Assembly (NCBI RefSeq): GCF_009827135.1
Contig: NZ_CP046534.1
Coordinates: forward strand, 450,001 to 482,000
Direction: 5' to 3'
DNA length: 32,000 nucleotides
Source of the DNA: Blochmannia endosymbiont of Camponotus nipponensis
GTDB taxonomy: Bacteria > Pseudomonadota > Gammaproteobacteria > Enterobacterales > Enterobacteriaceae
The notes beneath the pieces are model-generated. The model was not told where the DNA came from. It saw only the letters and a program-made list of their open reading frames with translations, and ran no database searches. Below, piece by piece: positions 18,745 through 26,846 of this stretch. Position 1 is the first letter of the stretch. Every line of letters begins with the position of its first letter. The position numbers and the translations under genes are program-made.

Positions 18745-20289
18745 ATGAAAAAATTGCGTTCTTTTTATCATAAGCCATGTCCTGCAGAATATTTGTGTAT
18801 TGCCTTGCGTTCTCATGTATATGAAGTAGTGCAAATAACTCCATTGCAAATTATGAATAAACTATCCCAACGTCTTGAAAATACAATATTAGTCAAACGT
18901 GAAGATAGACAGCCAGTACATAGTTTTAAACTACGTGGGGCGTATGCTATGATTTCAAGTCTTAATGAAACACAAAAATCTTCTGGGGTTGTTACGGCTT
19001 CAGCAGGTAATCACGCTCAAGGTGTAGCTTTTTCTGCCACTCATCTAGGAATCGCATCTTTGATTGTAATGCCTACAAATACTGCTGATATAAAAATAGA
19101 CGCAGTACGTAGTTTTGGAGGAAAACCACTGTTATGTGGATCTAATTTTGATGAAGCTAAGGTTAAAGCTATGTATTTAGCTGATAAACATAGGTTAACG
19201 TTTATTCCTCCGTTTGATCATCCAACAGTGATTGCAGGCCAAGGAACATTAGCAATGGAATTATTACAACAGGATGCTCATTTAGATCGTATTTTTGTGC
19301 CAGTAGGAGGAGGTGGTTTAGCTGCAGGTGTTTCTGTGTTAATTAAACATCTTATGCCTCAAATAAAAGTTATAGGCGTTGAGTCATCAGAATCTGCTTC
19401 TTTATGTGCTGCATTGTCAGCAGGGATGCCAGTATGGTTGCATAAAGTAGGTTTATTTGCTGAAGGAGTAGCTGTACGATGCGTTGGAGACGAAACATTT
19501 CGTTTATGCCAAGAATATTTGGATGATGTGATTACAGTAGATAATGACGCTATTTGCTCCGCAATAAAAGATTTATTTGAAGATGTACGTGCTATCGCTG
19601 AACCTTCAGGTGCTTTAGCATTAGCTGGAATGAAGAAATATATTCAAAAATATGCCATCCGTGGTGAAAGATTGGCTCATGTACTTTCGGGTGCTAATAT
19701 AAATTTTCATGAATTGCGTTATATTTCAGAACGTTGTGAACTAGGAGAACAACGAGAAGCGTTAATGGCAATTACCATTCCGGAAAAAAAAGGTAGTTTT
19801 TTAGAGTTCTATAAAATATTAGGTAATAGATCAGTGACAGAATTTAATTATCGGTATAATGGTTCTAAAAATGTTTGTATTTTTATTGGTATACGTTTGA
19901 AACACGGACGTTCTGAAAGAAAAATGATAGTACGAGAAATACTTGATCATGGGTTTCATGTTGTAGATTTATCTGATGATGAAATGGCAAAATTACATGT
20001 TAGATACATGGTGGGAGCACGTTTATTCCAGCCTTTACAAGAGCGGATTTTTAGTTTTGAGTTTCCAGAGGCTCCGGGAGCGTTACTAAAATTTCTTCAT
20101 ACTTTAGGTGCTAATTGGAATATTTCTTTATTCCATTATCGCAATCATGGTACTGATTATGGACGTGTTTTAGCTGGATTTGAATTATATAACCAAAAAA
20201 AATCGGAATTTGAACAGTATCTATCTAAATTAGGATATGAATGGCATGATGTTACAACTAATCCGGTATTTGAAGTATTTTTAAATTAA
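18745..20289 (+). CDS. ilvA: Threonine deaminase (biosynthetic threonine ammonia-lyase), full length with regulatory domain
   Basis: The 514-aa ORF has the same length as E. coli IlvA (LVKREDRQPVHSFKLRGAYAM, SAGNHAQGVAFS, VPVGGGGLAAGV, SGANINFH.LRY.SERCELGEQREAL, DDEMAKLHVRYMVG, ISLFHYRNHGTDYGRVL). It starts 10 nt after the ilvD stop. Confidence 0.97.
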   Translation: MKKLRSFYHKPCPAEYLCIALRSHVYEVVQITPLQIMNKLSQRLENTILVKREDRQPVHSFKLRGAYAMISSLNETQKSSGVVTASAGNHAQGVAFSATHLGIASLIVMPTNTADIKIDAVRSFGGKPLLCGSNFDEAKVKAMYLADKHRLTFIPPFDHPTVIAGQGTLAMELLQQDAHLDRIFVPVGGGGLAAGVSVLIKHLMPQIKVIGVESSESASLCAALSAGMPVWLHKVGLFAEGVAVRCVGDETFRLCQEYLDDVITVDNDAICSAIKDLFEDVRAIAEPSGALALAGMKKYIQKYAIRGERLAHVLSGANINFHELRYISERCELGEQREALMAITIPEKKGSFLEFYKILGNRSVTEFNYRYNGSKNVCIFIGIRLKHGRSERKMIVREILDHGFHVVDLSDDEMAKLHVRYMVGARLFQPLQERIFSFEFPEAPGALLKFLHTLGANWNISLFHYRNHGTDYGRVLAGFELYNQKKSEFEQYLSKLGYEWHDVTTNPVFEVFLN

Positions 20290-20350
20290 TAAGAATATTT
20301 TTTCTAAAAATTATGAAATTGTTTTTAACTTTATTTAAAAGAGATATTTT

Positions 20351-21853
20351 ATGGCTAATTATTTTAATACATTGACTTTTATACAAAAATTAAAGCATTT
20401 AGGAAAATGTCGGTTTATGGCTCATAATGAATTTTCCAATGGAATTCAGGCATTATTATCTAAAAAAGTGGCAATAATAGGCTGTGGATCTCAAGGTTTA
20501 AATCAAGGTTTAAATATGAGGGATTCAGGCGTAGATGTTTCATATGTTTTGCGCCGTGAATCTATTATTAACCAAAAGGAGTCTTGGATAAGAGCAATAC
20601 GAAATGAGTTTCCTGTCGGAACGTACGATGAAATTATTCCAAAGTCAGATGTTGTGATTAATTTAACTCCAGATAAATATCATACGTCAGTAGTACAGCA
20701 AATAGAACCTTTGATGAAACATGGATCTATATTAGGTTATTCACATGGATTTCATATTGTAGAGGTTGGAGAAAAAATTCGCAAAGATATTACTGTTATA
20801 ATGGTCGCTCCAAAATGTCCTGGTACAGAGGTACGTCAGGAATACCAGAGAGGATTTGGAGTACCTGCTTTGATTGCCGTACACAAAGAAAATAATACCT
20901 ATAATATAGGTATGTCCGTAGCAAAATCGTGGGCATTTGCTCTTGGTAGTCATCGTGCTGGAGTATTAGAATCTTCATTTGTAGCAGAGGTGAAATCAGA
21001 TCTTATGGGGGAGCAAACTATTTTATGTGGAATGTTACAAGCCGGATCAATTATTTGTTTTGATTACATGATTAGTAATGGCATTGATTCTGGATATGCA
21101 GGGAAGTTTATTCAGTATGGTTGGGAAGTTATAACTGAATCATTAAAGCAAGGAGGTATTACATTAATGATGGATCGATTATCAAATGCTGCTAAAATAC
21201 GTGCTTTTGTATTATCTGAGCAATTAAAAAATATATTGAAGCCAGTTTTTGAAAAACACATGGAAGATATACTGAATGGAACATTTTCTGAGGAAATGAT
21301 TTTGGATTGGAAAAACAATGATGCTAAATTGCTTGCTTGGCGCAAGGAAACAGGTCAACTTTTATTAGAAAGAGTACCAAATTGTCAACAGGAGATTATG
21401 GAGCAAACATATTTTGATAATGGGACATTAATGGTTGCTATAATAAAAGCAGGTGTGGAGCTATCTTTTGATACAATGATAAAAGCTGGAATAGCGCCAG
21501 AATCAGCATATTACGAATCATTACATGAATTGCCTTTGATTACAAATACTATAGCTCGTAAAAAATTATACGAAATGAATATGGTTATTTCTGATACCGC
21601 AGAATATGGTAATTATTTGTTTTGTAACACAGTAGTGTCTTTGTTAAAAAACACTATAGTATCTAATTTAAAGGAAGGGGATTTAGGTATATCATTTAAA
21701 AATATTAAGATAGACAATATTACTTTGCGTAACACCAATGATATGATTAGAAATCATGCAATAGAAAAAGTTGGAATTAAATTGAGAAATTATATGCAAA
21801 ATATGAAAAGTTTATCGTTTTCTAATTATCAACATATACAAAAAGAATTATGA
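20351..21853 (+). CDS. ilvC: Ketol-acid reductoisomerase
   Basis: The 500-aa ORF is colinear with E. coli IlvC ([116 protein letters not shown]). It starts only 61 nt after the ilvA stop. Confidence 0.97.
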   Translation: MANYFNTLTFIQKLKHLGKCRFMAHNEFSNGIQALLSKKVAIIGCGSQGLNQGLNMRDSGVDVSYVLRRESIINQKESWIRAIRNEFPVGTYDEIIPKSDVVINLTPDKYHTSVVQQIEPLMKHGSILGYSHGFHIVEVGEKIRKDITVIMVAPKCPGTEVRQEYQRGFGVPALIAVHKENNTYNIGMSVAKSWAFALGSHRAGVLESSFVAEVKSDLMGEQTILCGMLQAGSIICFDYMISNGIDSGYAGKFIQYGWEVITESLKQGGITLMMDRLSNAAKIRAFVLSEQLKNILKPVFEKHMEDILNGTFSEEMILDWKNNDAKLLAWRKETGQLLLERVPNCQQEIMEQTYFDNGTLMVAIIKAGVELSFDTMIKAGIAPESAYYESLHELPLITNTIARKKLYEMNMVISDTAEYGNYLFCNTVVSLLKNTIVSNLKEGDLGISFKNIKIDNITLRNTNDMIRNHAIEKVGIKLRNYMQNMKSLSFSNYQHIQKEL

Positions 21854-22070
21854 TTATTTGCTACTACAGTACCCTTGTTATTAGAGAGGGTTATTTGGAT
21901 GATGGATTGAATAATGCAAATATTTTTTGAAATAAAAAAGGTAAAAATTATATTGTATAATTAGTTATGTGAATCACTTTGATTAGTAGTCTAGTCTATA
22001 TACACAACGAATAAAAATAATAATAATCAATATATAATGATTAGTAGCAAATAAATTATAAGGAGTATAA

Positions 22071-22409
22071 ATGAGTAGAATTATTGTACAGCTGACAGAT
22101 TCTAATTTTAAAGAAATAGTGCTCAATTCTGTCAATCAAGAAAGTAAGTTATTTTTAGTTGATTTTTGGGCCGAATGGTGTAATCCTTGTAAGGTGATGA
22201 TACCTATTTTAGAAGATATAGCGGTTGAATTTGATGATATATTAAAAGTAGCAAAATTAAATATAGATGAAAATCCAGTAACTACTAAAAATTATGGAAT
22301 TCGGAGTATTCCAACTTTGTTGTTAATTCGTCATGGAACGGTGTTGTCTACTAAAGTAGGATTATTATCCAAACAAAAATTACAGGAATTTTTAAAGATG
22401 TATAGATAA
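22071..22409 (+). CDS. trxA: Thioredoxin 1 with variant active site WCNPC
   Basis: The 112-aa ORF is colinear with E. coli TrxA (LVDFWAEWC.PCK, VAKLNIDENP, YGIRSIPTLLL, K..L.EFL). An AGGAG Shine-Dalgarno sequence lies at 22061-22065. Codons 22179-22190 read TGT AAT CCT TGT. Confidence 0.95.
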   Translation: MSRIIVQLTDSNFKEIVLNSVNQESKLFLVDFWAEWCNPCKVMIPILEDIAVEFDDILKVAKLNIDENPVTTKNYGIRSIPTLLLIRHGTVLSTKVGLLSKQKLQEFLKMYR

Positions 22410-22838
22410 GTTGTGATTTTTTTAAAATTTTGTAATTTTTAAAAATATTTAATATGTTAGTAGACGTTTCTTTTCGATTACAGTAGAATAACTGTGTGTC
22501 GTTTATGATTAATTACAAATATTTAATTTTAATGGAATCAGGATGTATTAGTATAATTATAATAGTGAAAACAATGATCATATACTGTAATTAGAGAAGG
22601 TTTAACATGGATGTGTTCTAATATCGCGATGAGATTATTGGTGGTTTTTTATAAGTTTATGTTTCTGTGTAATCCGATAATAAATAAAATTTTGTGTTGG
22701 TCTATGTTTAGTGTTATTGGAAATGGGATGAGTTATTGAGGTTTGATTGTAAGGGAAATTATTAACATTATGTTTTACATGCACCTTATGTCTGTAAGGC
22801 CAACAGTATATATAATTCCAATTTAAGCATCCATAATT
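22410..22838 (+). promoter_or_regulatory. Long rho upstream spacer or 5' leader (function unproven)
   Basis: This 429-nt spacer between trxA and rho is about 30% G+C in the lines I counted, well above the other spacers, and is strongly G-over-C skewed. In E. coli this position holds the rhoL leader and the Rho-dependent attenuator. Confidence 0.35.
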
Positions 22839-24098
22839 ATGAATCTTACAAAATTAAAAAACATACCAGTCTCTGAGTTAGTGCATCTTGGAGAAGGCAT
22901 GGGTCTGGAAAATTTAGCACGTATGCGTAAACAAGATATTATTTTTGCTATTTTTAAACAACATGCTAAAACTGGGGAAGATATTTTTGGTGATGGTGTC
23001 TTAGAAATATTGCAGGATGGTTTTGGATTTCTTAGGTCTAGTGATAGTTCTTATCTTGCTGGTCCAGATGACATTTATGTGTCTCCTAGTCAAATTCGTC
23101 GTTTTAACTTACGTACTGGAGATACTATTTCTGGTAAAATTAGACCTCCAAAAGAAGGTGAACGTTATTTTGCATTACTTAAAGTAAATGATGTGAATTA
23201 TGATAAACCAGAAAATGCTCGTAGTAAGATTTTATTTGAAAATCTTACTCCATTACATGCTAATTCACGATTGCGTATGGAACGAGGCAATGGTTCTACG
23301 GAAGATTTGACCGCAAGAGTGTTGGATTTAGCATCACCTATTGGGCGTGGTCAGCGCGGATTAATTGTGGCGCCTCCTAAAGCTGGAAAAACTATACTTT
23401 TACAAAATATTGCACAAAGTATTAGTCATAATTATCCAGATTGTGTATTAATAGTACTTTTAATAGATGAACGTCCAGAAGAAGTTACCGAAATGCAACG
23501 TTTAGTGCATGGAGAGGTGATTGCATCTACCTTTGATGAACCAGCGTCTCGTCATGTGCAAGTATCTGAAATGGTTATTGAAAAAGCTAAACGACTTGTA
23601 GAACATAAAAAAGATGTTATTATTTTGTTAGATTCTATTACTCGATTGGCTAGAGCTTATAATACTATTGTGCCTTCATCTGGAAAAGTGTTAACAGGAG
23701 GAGTTGATGCAAATGCTTTGCATCGTCCGAAACGTTTTTTTGGGGCTGCTCGTAATATGGAAGAAGGAGGCAGTTTAACTATTATAGCTACTGCTTTAAT
23801 AGATACTGGATCAAAAATGGATGAAGTAATTTATGAAGAATTCAAAGGTACTGGTAATATGGAATTACATTTGTCGAGAAAAATAGCTGAAAAGCGTGTT
23901 TTTCCAGCTATTGATTATAATCGATCTGGAACTAGAAAAGAGGAATTATTAACAACTCAAGATGAACTGCAAAAAATATGGATTTTACGCAAAATTATTC
24001 ACCCAATGAGTGAAATTGATGCAATGGAGTTTATGATGAACAAATTATCTATGACTAAAACTAATGATGAATTCTTTGATATGATGAAACGTTGTTGA
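22839..24098 (+). CDS. rho: Transcription termination factor Rho
   Basis: The 419-aa ORF has the same length as E. coli Rho and is very highly similar to it ([78 protein letters not shown], Walker [24 protein letters not shown]). Confidence 0.98.
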   Translation: MNLTKLKNIPVSELVHLGEGMGLENLARMRKQDIIFAIFKQHAKTGEDIFGDGVLEILQDGFGFLRSSDSSYLAGPDDIYVSPSQIRRFNLRTGDTISGKIRPPKEGERYFALLKVNDVNYDKPENARSKILFENLTPLHANSRLRMERGNGSTEDLTARVLDLASPIGRGQRGLIVAPPKAGKTILLQNIAQSISHNYPDCVLIVLLIDERPEEVTEMQRLVHGEVIASTFDEPASRHVQVSEMVIEKAKRLVEHKKDVIILLDSITRLARAYNTIVPSSGKVLTGGVDANALHRPKRFFGAARNMEEGGSLTIIATALIDTGSKMDEVIYEEFKGTGNMELHLSRKIAEKRVFPAIDYNRSGTRKEELLTTQDELQKIWILRKIIHPMSEIDAMEFMMNKLSMTKTNDEFFDMMKRC

Positions 24099-24132
24099 TT
24101 TATTTTAGTATTATATTGTATTGCCTTATGCT

Positions 24133-24152
24133 ATCAGTATACACTGATTTTT
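24133..24152 (+). terminator. Weak candidate intrinsic terminator after rho
   Basis: ATCAGT-ATAC-ACTGAT forms a 6-bp stem (24133-24148) followed by TTTT, 35 nt after the rho stop. The stem is short and AT-rich. Confidence 0.3.
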
Positions 24153-24494
24153 ATCATATAATTATTTTGATTTTTTATAAGTTGAATATATAAATAATTT
24201 TAGAAATTATATAGTTAAGTGTTTTTAGTATCTTCATATGTCAGTAATAATTAATTCACTATTTATATGTATCAATGTTGACGATTATCTTCATTTTATT
24301 TTTTATATATGTTGTTAGTGATACAGCATATGATATTATTGAATAATTTTTATTTTTATAAGAATTATTATTGTATATTGTTTGTTTTACTGATACTTAA
24401 TTAGTATTTTTTTATATAATAACAATTATTTGGTGATGAATTAAACATATTTTGGGGTTAACATAGGTCTAAATTAAATATATACGCTACATTA

Positions 24495-24568
24495 GCGTCC
24501 GTAGCTCAATTGGATAGAGCAGTACCCTCCGGAGGTGAAGGTTTCAGGTTCAAATCCTGTCGGACGCA
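24495..24568 (+). tRNA. argX: tRNA-Arg (anticodon CCG)
   Basis: The 74-nt cloverleaf has acceptor GCGTCCG/CGGACGC and anticodon loop CTCCGGA. It is colinear with E. coli argX. The anticodon stem has a 27G:43A mismatch and a T:G wobble. No CCA is encoded. Confidence 0.93.
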
Positions 24569-24627
24569 GTGGATTTATTTTACATATGCTTATATATAAA
24601 CAACAAACAATTAGAGTTGATCGATAT

Positions 24628-24701
24628 GGTGATTGTAGCTCAGTCGGTAGAGCTCTGGATTGTGGTTCCAGAAGTCGTGGGTTCGAATCCCATCAATCAC
24701 C
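24628..24701 (+). tRNA. hisR: tRNA-His (anticodon GUG)
   Basis: The 74-nt cloverleaf includes the His-specific extra 5' G(-1) paired with C73 and has anticodon loop TTGTGGT. It is colinear with E. coli hisR. No full CCA is encoded (next nt CAT). Confidence 0.95.
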
Positions 24702-24743
24702 CATTATTTTTATTAAAATAAGGAATTATAAGGATGATACAAA

Positions 24744-24829
24744 GCGAAGGTGGCGGAATTGGCAGACGCACTGATTTCAGGGGTTAGTGTCTTTATAAAG
24801 ACGTGAGGGTTCAAACCCCTTCCTTCGCA
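24744..24829 (+). tRNA. leuT: tRNA-Leu (anticodon CAG)
   Basis: This 86-nt class II tRNA has a long variable arm (TGTCTTTATAAAGACGT), acceptor GCGAAGG/CCTTCGC and anticodon loop TTCAGGG. It is colinear with E. coli leuT. No CCA is encoded. Confidence 0.95.
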
Positions 24830-24924
24830 ATAGGAAGGTTCAGCATAATTATTATGTAGTAAATTGTTGGTTATATTGGAGTAATATATTTTTAAGTAGG
24901 GTATATATGATTGGAAGTTGATTG

Positions 24925-25033
24925 TATATGATGTATAAGAATCGGCGAGTGGCGTAGTTTGGTAGCGTTCCTGGTTTGGGACTAGGAGGTCGGAGGTTCA
25001 AATCCTCTCTCGCCGATTCTTATACATCATATA
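24925..25033 (+). repeat. 18-bp perfect inverted repeat flanking tRNA-Pro, extending its acceptor stem into a 25-bp helix
   Basis: Positions 24925-24942 (TATATGATGTATAAGAAT) are the exact reverse complement of 25016-25033 (ATTCTTATACATCATATA). I paired them base by base, and the first mismatch is 24924/25034. The helix is continuous with the 7-bp acceptor stem and includes the discriminator A. Confidence 0.85.
24943..25016 (+). tRNA. proM: tRNA-Pro (anticodon UGG)
   Basis: The 74-nt cloverleaf has acceptor CGGCGAG/CTCGCCG and anticodon loop TTTGGGA. It is colinear with E. coli proM and is last in the conserved argX-hisR-leuT-proM order. No CCA is encoded. Confidence 0.95.
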
Positions 25034-25128
25034 AGAATGATTATATACTATTATTTTACAGAATTTTCATGTGTATCTATTTATGTGTAGATGAAAATAA
25101 TTATGTGAACAGATTGTTTTGTTGTACG

Positions 25129-25878
25129 TTATGAATTTTTGATTAAGACATGAGTGAGTACATCGTTATGTGCTGATTGTGCTATAATGATATTTTTCCA
25201 GCCTAGATATTTAGCTAATTTAGCTAAACGTGGGCTTACCACTACTAGTTTACATTGTATTAACCAAGATGTACGATAAAATTGAGGAACTAAATAATAT
25301 AGTTGTTTCAGTATCTCTCCCGAGGTAACTACTACAGTTGTAATATTTAATTCTAATAATTTATGCGATTCTTCTTCCCCGTTATACTGTAACAGTTGTC
25401 TACGATAACATTCGCAGGATGAAACTAATACTCCTCTTTTTTCAAGAGTATCGTCTAGAATGGTGCGTCCATTATTACCTCTTAAAATCAGAGCACGTTT
25501 TCCATCACTATACATTAATTCAGGTAGTCGTAATAAATTTTCACTACTCGCTTGGCCTATGGGATATTTTACTAAAATTCCTGACAACTTATACATCTTG
25601 ATACTAGTTGTATATCCAATAGCATAATATGATAATTTAGTAGGCCAAGATATTCCTACATTGAGTAACTGACGGTGAGCATATTTAATTGCGTGCTGTG
25701 ATACAATACATAAAAAATCTCCTTTAGAAAGTAAATTTAATTGTTGTTCTAATGATGATAGTGTTTTTCCGGCAGAAAAATAAATTAATGGTAGATGATA
25801 CGCGAATATGCCAAAAGAAAGCAACTTATTTACCAATTGTTCTCCATACGGAGATGGACGAGTGATTAAAATGTTCAT
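25129..25878 (-). CDS. hemD: Uroporphyrinogen-III synthase
   Basis: The 249-aa ORF is colinear with E. coli HemD (ILITRPSP.GE.LV, SQHA, KRALILRGN.GR, CECY.R, VVVTSGE.L.QL, L.VVS.RLAKLA..LGW). It lies directly downstream of hemC, as in E. coli. Confidence 0.9.
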   Translation of the reverse strand: MNILITRPSPYGEQLVNKLLSFGIFAYHLPLIYFSAGKTLSSLEQQLNLLSKGDFLCIVSQHAIKYAHRQLLNVGISWPTKLSYYAIGYTTSIKMYKLSGILVKYPIGQASSENLLRLPELMYSDGKRALILRGNNGRTILDDTLEKRGVLVSSCECYRRQLLQYNGEEESHKLLELNITTVVVTSGEILKQLYYLVPQFYRTSWLIQCKLVVVSPRLAKLAKYLGWKNIIIAQSAHNDVLTHVLIKNS

Positions 25879-25925
25879 GATTATTGTTGATGAATTAAAT
25901 TTTGTTTGATTTCATAAATTTTTTG

Positions 25926-26846
25926 TTAAAATATGTTCTTTTTAAATCTAATTAATAAATCTTCAGCAAGAATGAAGCCTAATTTTTCAGCTTGATTTAA
26001 AGGTGCTCGTCCTTCAGTACGAATAATTTTACTGCCATCAGGTAATCCAATAAGCGCTCGTAACCATATTTGATCATCTTCAATTTCAGCATAACTAGCG
26101 ATTGGTAATTGACAGTAACTTTCTAAATAAGTAGTAACAGCACGTTCTGCTGTAACACGTAATGAAGTTTCTTGATGATGTAAAGGTGATAATAATGATA
26201 AAATATCTGAGTCAGCTAAACGACATTCAATGGCTATGGCGCCTTGTCCCATAGCCGGTAATAGATCAGATGGATCAATATGAGCACGAATGTATTTATT
26301 TAGCTTCAATCGTTGTAATCCGGCTACAGCTAGAATTATTGCATCATATTGTCCGTATTGTAATTTTTTTAATCTAGTGTCTATGTTACCTCGCAAATTG
26401 CTGATTATTAAATCTGGGCGCTGTGCTCGTATTTGACATTGTCTGCGTAAACTGGATGTACCTATTATACTTCCAATAGGTAATGCATTGATATTAGAAT
26501 ATTTTAAACTAACAAAAGCGTCACGTGGGTCATTGCGTTTACATAGAATTGGAAGAATTAATTCTTTTGGTAAAGGAACTGTAATATCTTTCATAGAGTG
26601 AACAGCGATATCGGCACGAGAATCTACTAATGCATGTTCTAATTCTTTAATAAATGAACCTTTTTTAATTTTGTTGTTTGCATCAGTATTTATAAATTTA
26701 TCTCCTGTTGTTATAAGAGGCATTAGTTCTATCTGTATAGTGGGATGGTAACGTTTTAGTTCGTTATAAACATATTGAGCCTGACAAATAGCCAGTCGGC
26801 TTTTTCGAGTAGCAATTCTTAAAATTTTAGTTTTCATCATTGTCAT
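25926..26846 (-). CDS. hemC: Porphobilinogen deaminase (hydroxymethylbilane synthase)
   Basis: The 306-aa ORF is colinear with E. coli HemC (LRIATR.S.LA..QA.YV, ADIAVHSMKD, DPRDAFVS, GTSSLRRQCQ, LRGN..TRL.KL..G.YDAIILAVAGL.RL, HHET.LRVTAERA, cofactor Cys in CQLPIASY). The start could be the first ATG (26846) or the 3rd or 4th codon. Confidence 0.95.
   Translation of the reverse strand: MTMMKTKILRIATRKSRLAICQAQYVYNELKRYHPTIQIELMPLITTGDKFINTDANNKIKKGSFIKELEHALVDSRADIAVHSMKDITVPLPKELILPILCKRNDPRDAFVSLKYSNINALPIGSIIGTSSLRRQCQIRAQRPDLIISNLRGNIDTRLKKLQYGQYDAIILAVAGLQRLKLNKYIRAHIDPSDLLPAMGQGAIAIECRLADSDILSLLSPLHHQETSLRVTAERAVTTYLESYCQLPIASYAEIEDDQIWLRALIGLPDGSKIIRTEGRAPLNQAEKLGFILAEDLLIRFKKNIF

Noticed and set aside
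18461-18844. 127-aa antisense ORF across the ilvD/ilvA junction, and other ORFs overlapping real genes in an alternative frame on the same or the opposite strand (535-717, 1067-1264, 4250-4435, 5753-5944, 7570-7770, 8707-8910, 15002-15190, 15015-15197, 20741-20953, 20796-20978, 21112-21345, 25419-25601)
   Set aside because: All lie inside or opposite strongly supported conserved genes. They have no recognisable homology or ribosome-binding site and are best explained as shadow ORFs.
21868-21888. ACCCT...AGGGT hairpin after ilvC as an intrinsic terminator
   Set aside because: It has a 5-bp stem, an 11-nt loop and no real U-tract, so there is not enough evidence to annotate it.
22629-22739. 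36-codon hydrophobic ORF (MRLLVVFYKFMFLC...) in the rho upstream region as a rhoL analogue. A 29-codon ORF starting at 22505 was also considered.
   Set aside because: Neither has a Shine-Dalgarno sequence or similarity to E. coli RhoL. The composition (T/G-rich) alone explains the hydrophobic translation. I cannot support either from sequence.
24535-24774. 79-aa ORF on the + strand
   Set aside because: It runs straight through the tRNA-Arg 3' half, tRNA-His and the tRNA-Leu 5' half. It is an artefact of the G+C-richer tRNA genes lacking stop codons.
24934-25038. 9-bp direct repeat TATAAGAAT flanking tRNA-Pro as a possible target-site duplication of a mobile element
   Set aside because: Four of the nine bases follow automatically from the palindromic arms. 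The remaining 5-nt match is not significant in AT-rich DNA, and nothing mobile lies between the repeats.
25064-25097. TTTTCAT...ATGAAAA inverted repeat between tRNA-Pro and hemD as a bidirectional terminator
   Set aside because: The stem is only 7 bp and entirely AT-rich, with a 20-nt loop. Alternative pairings compete with it, so it is too weak to call.
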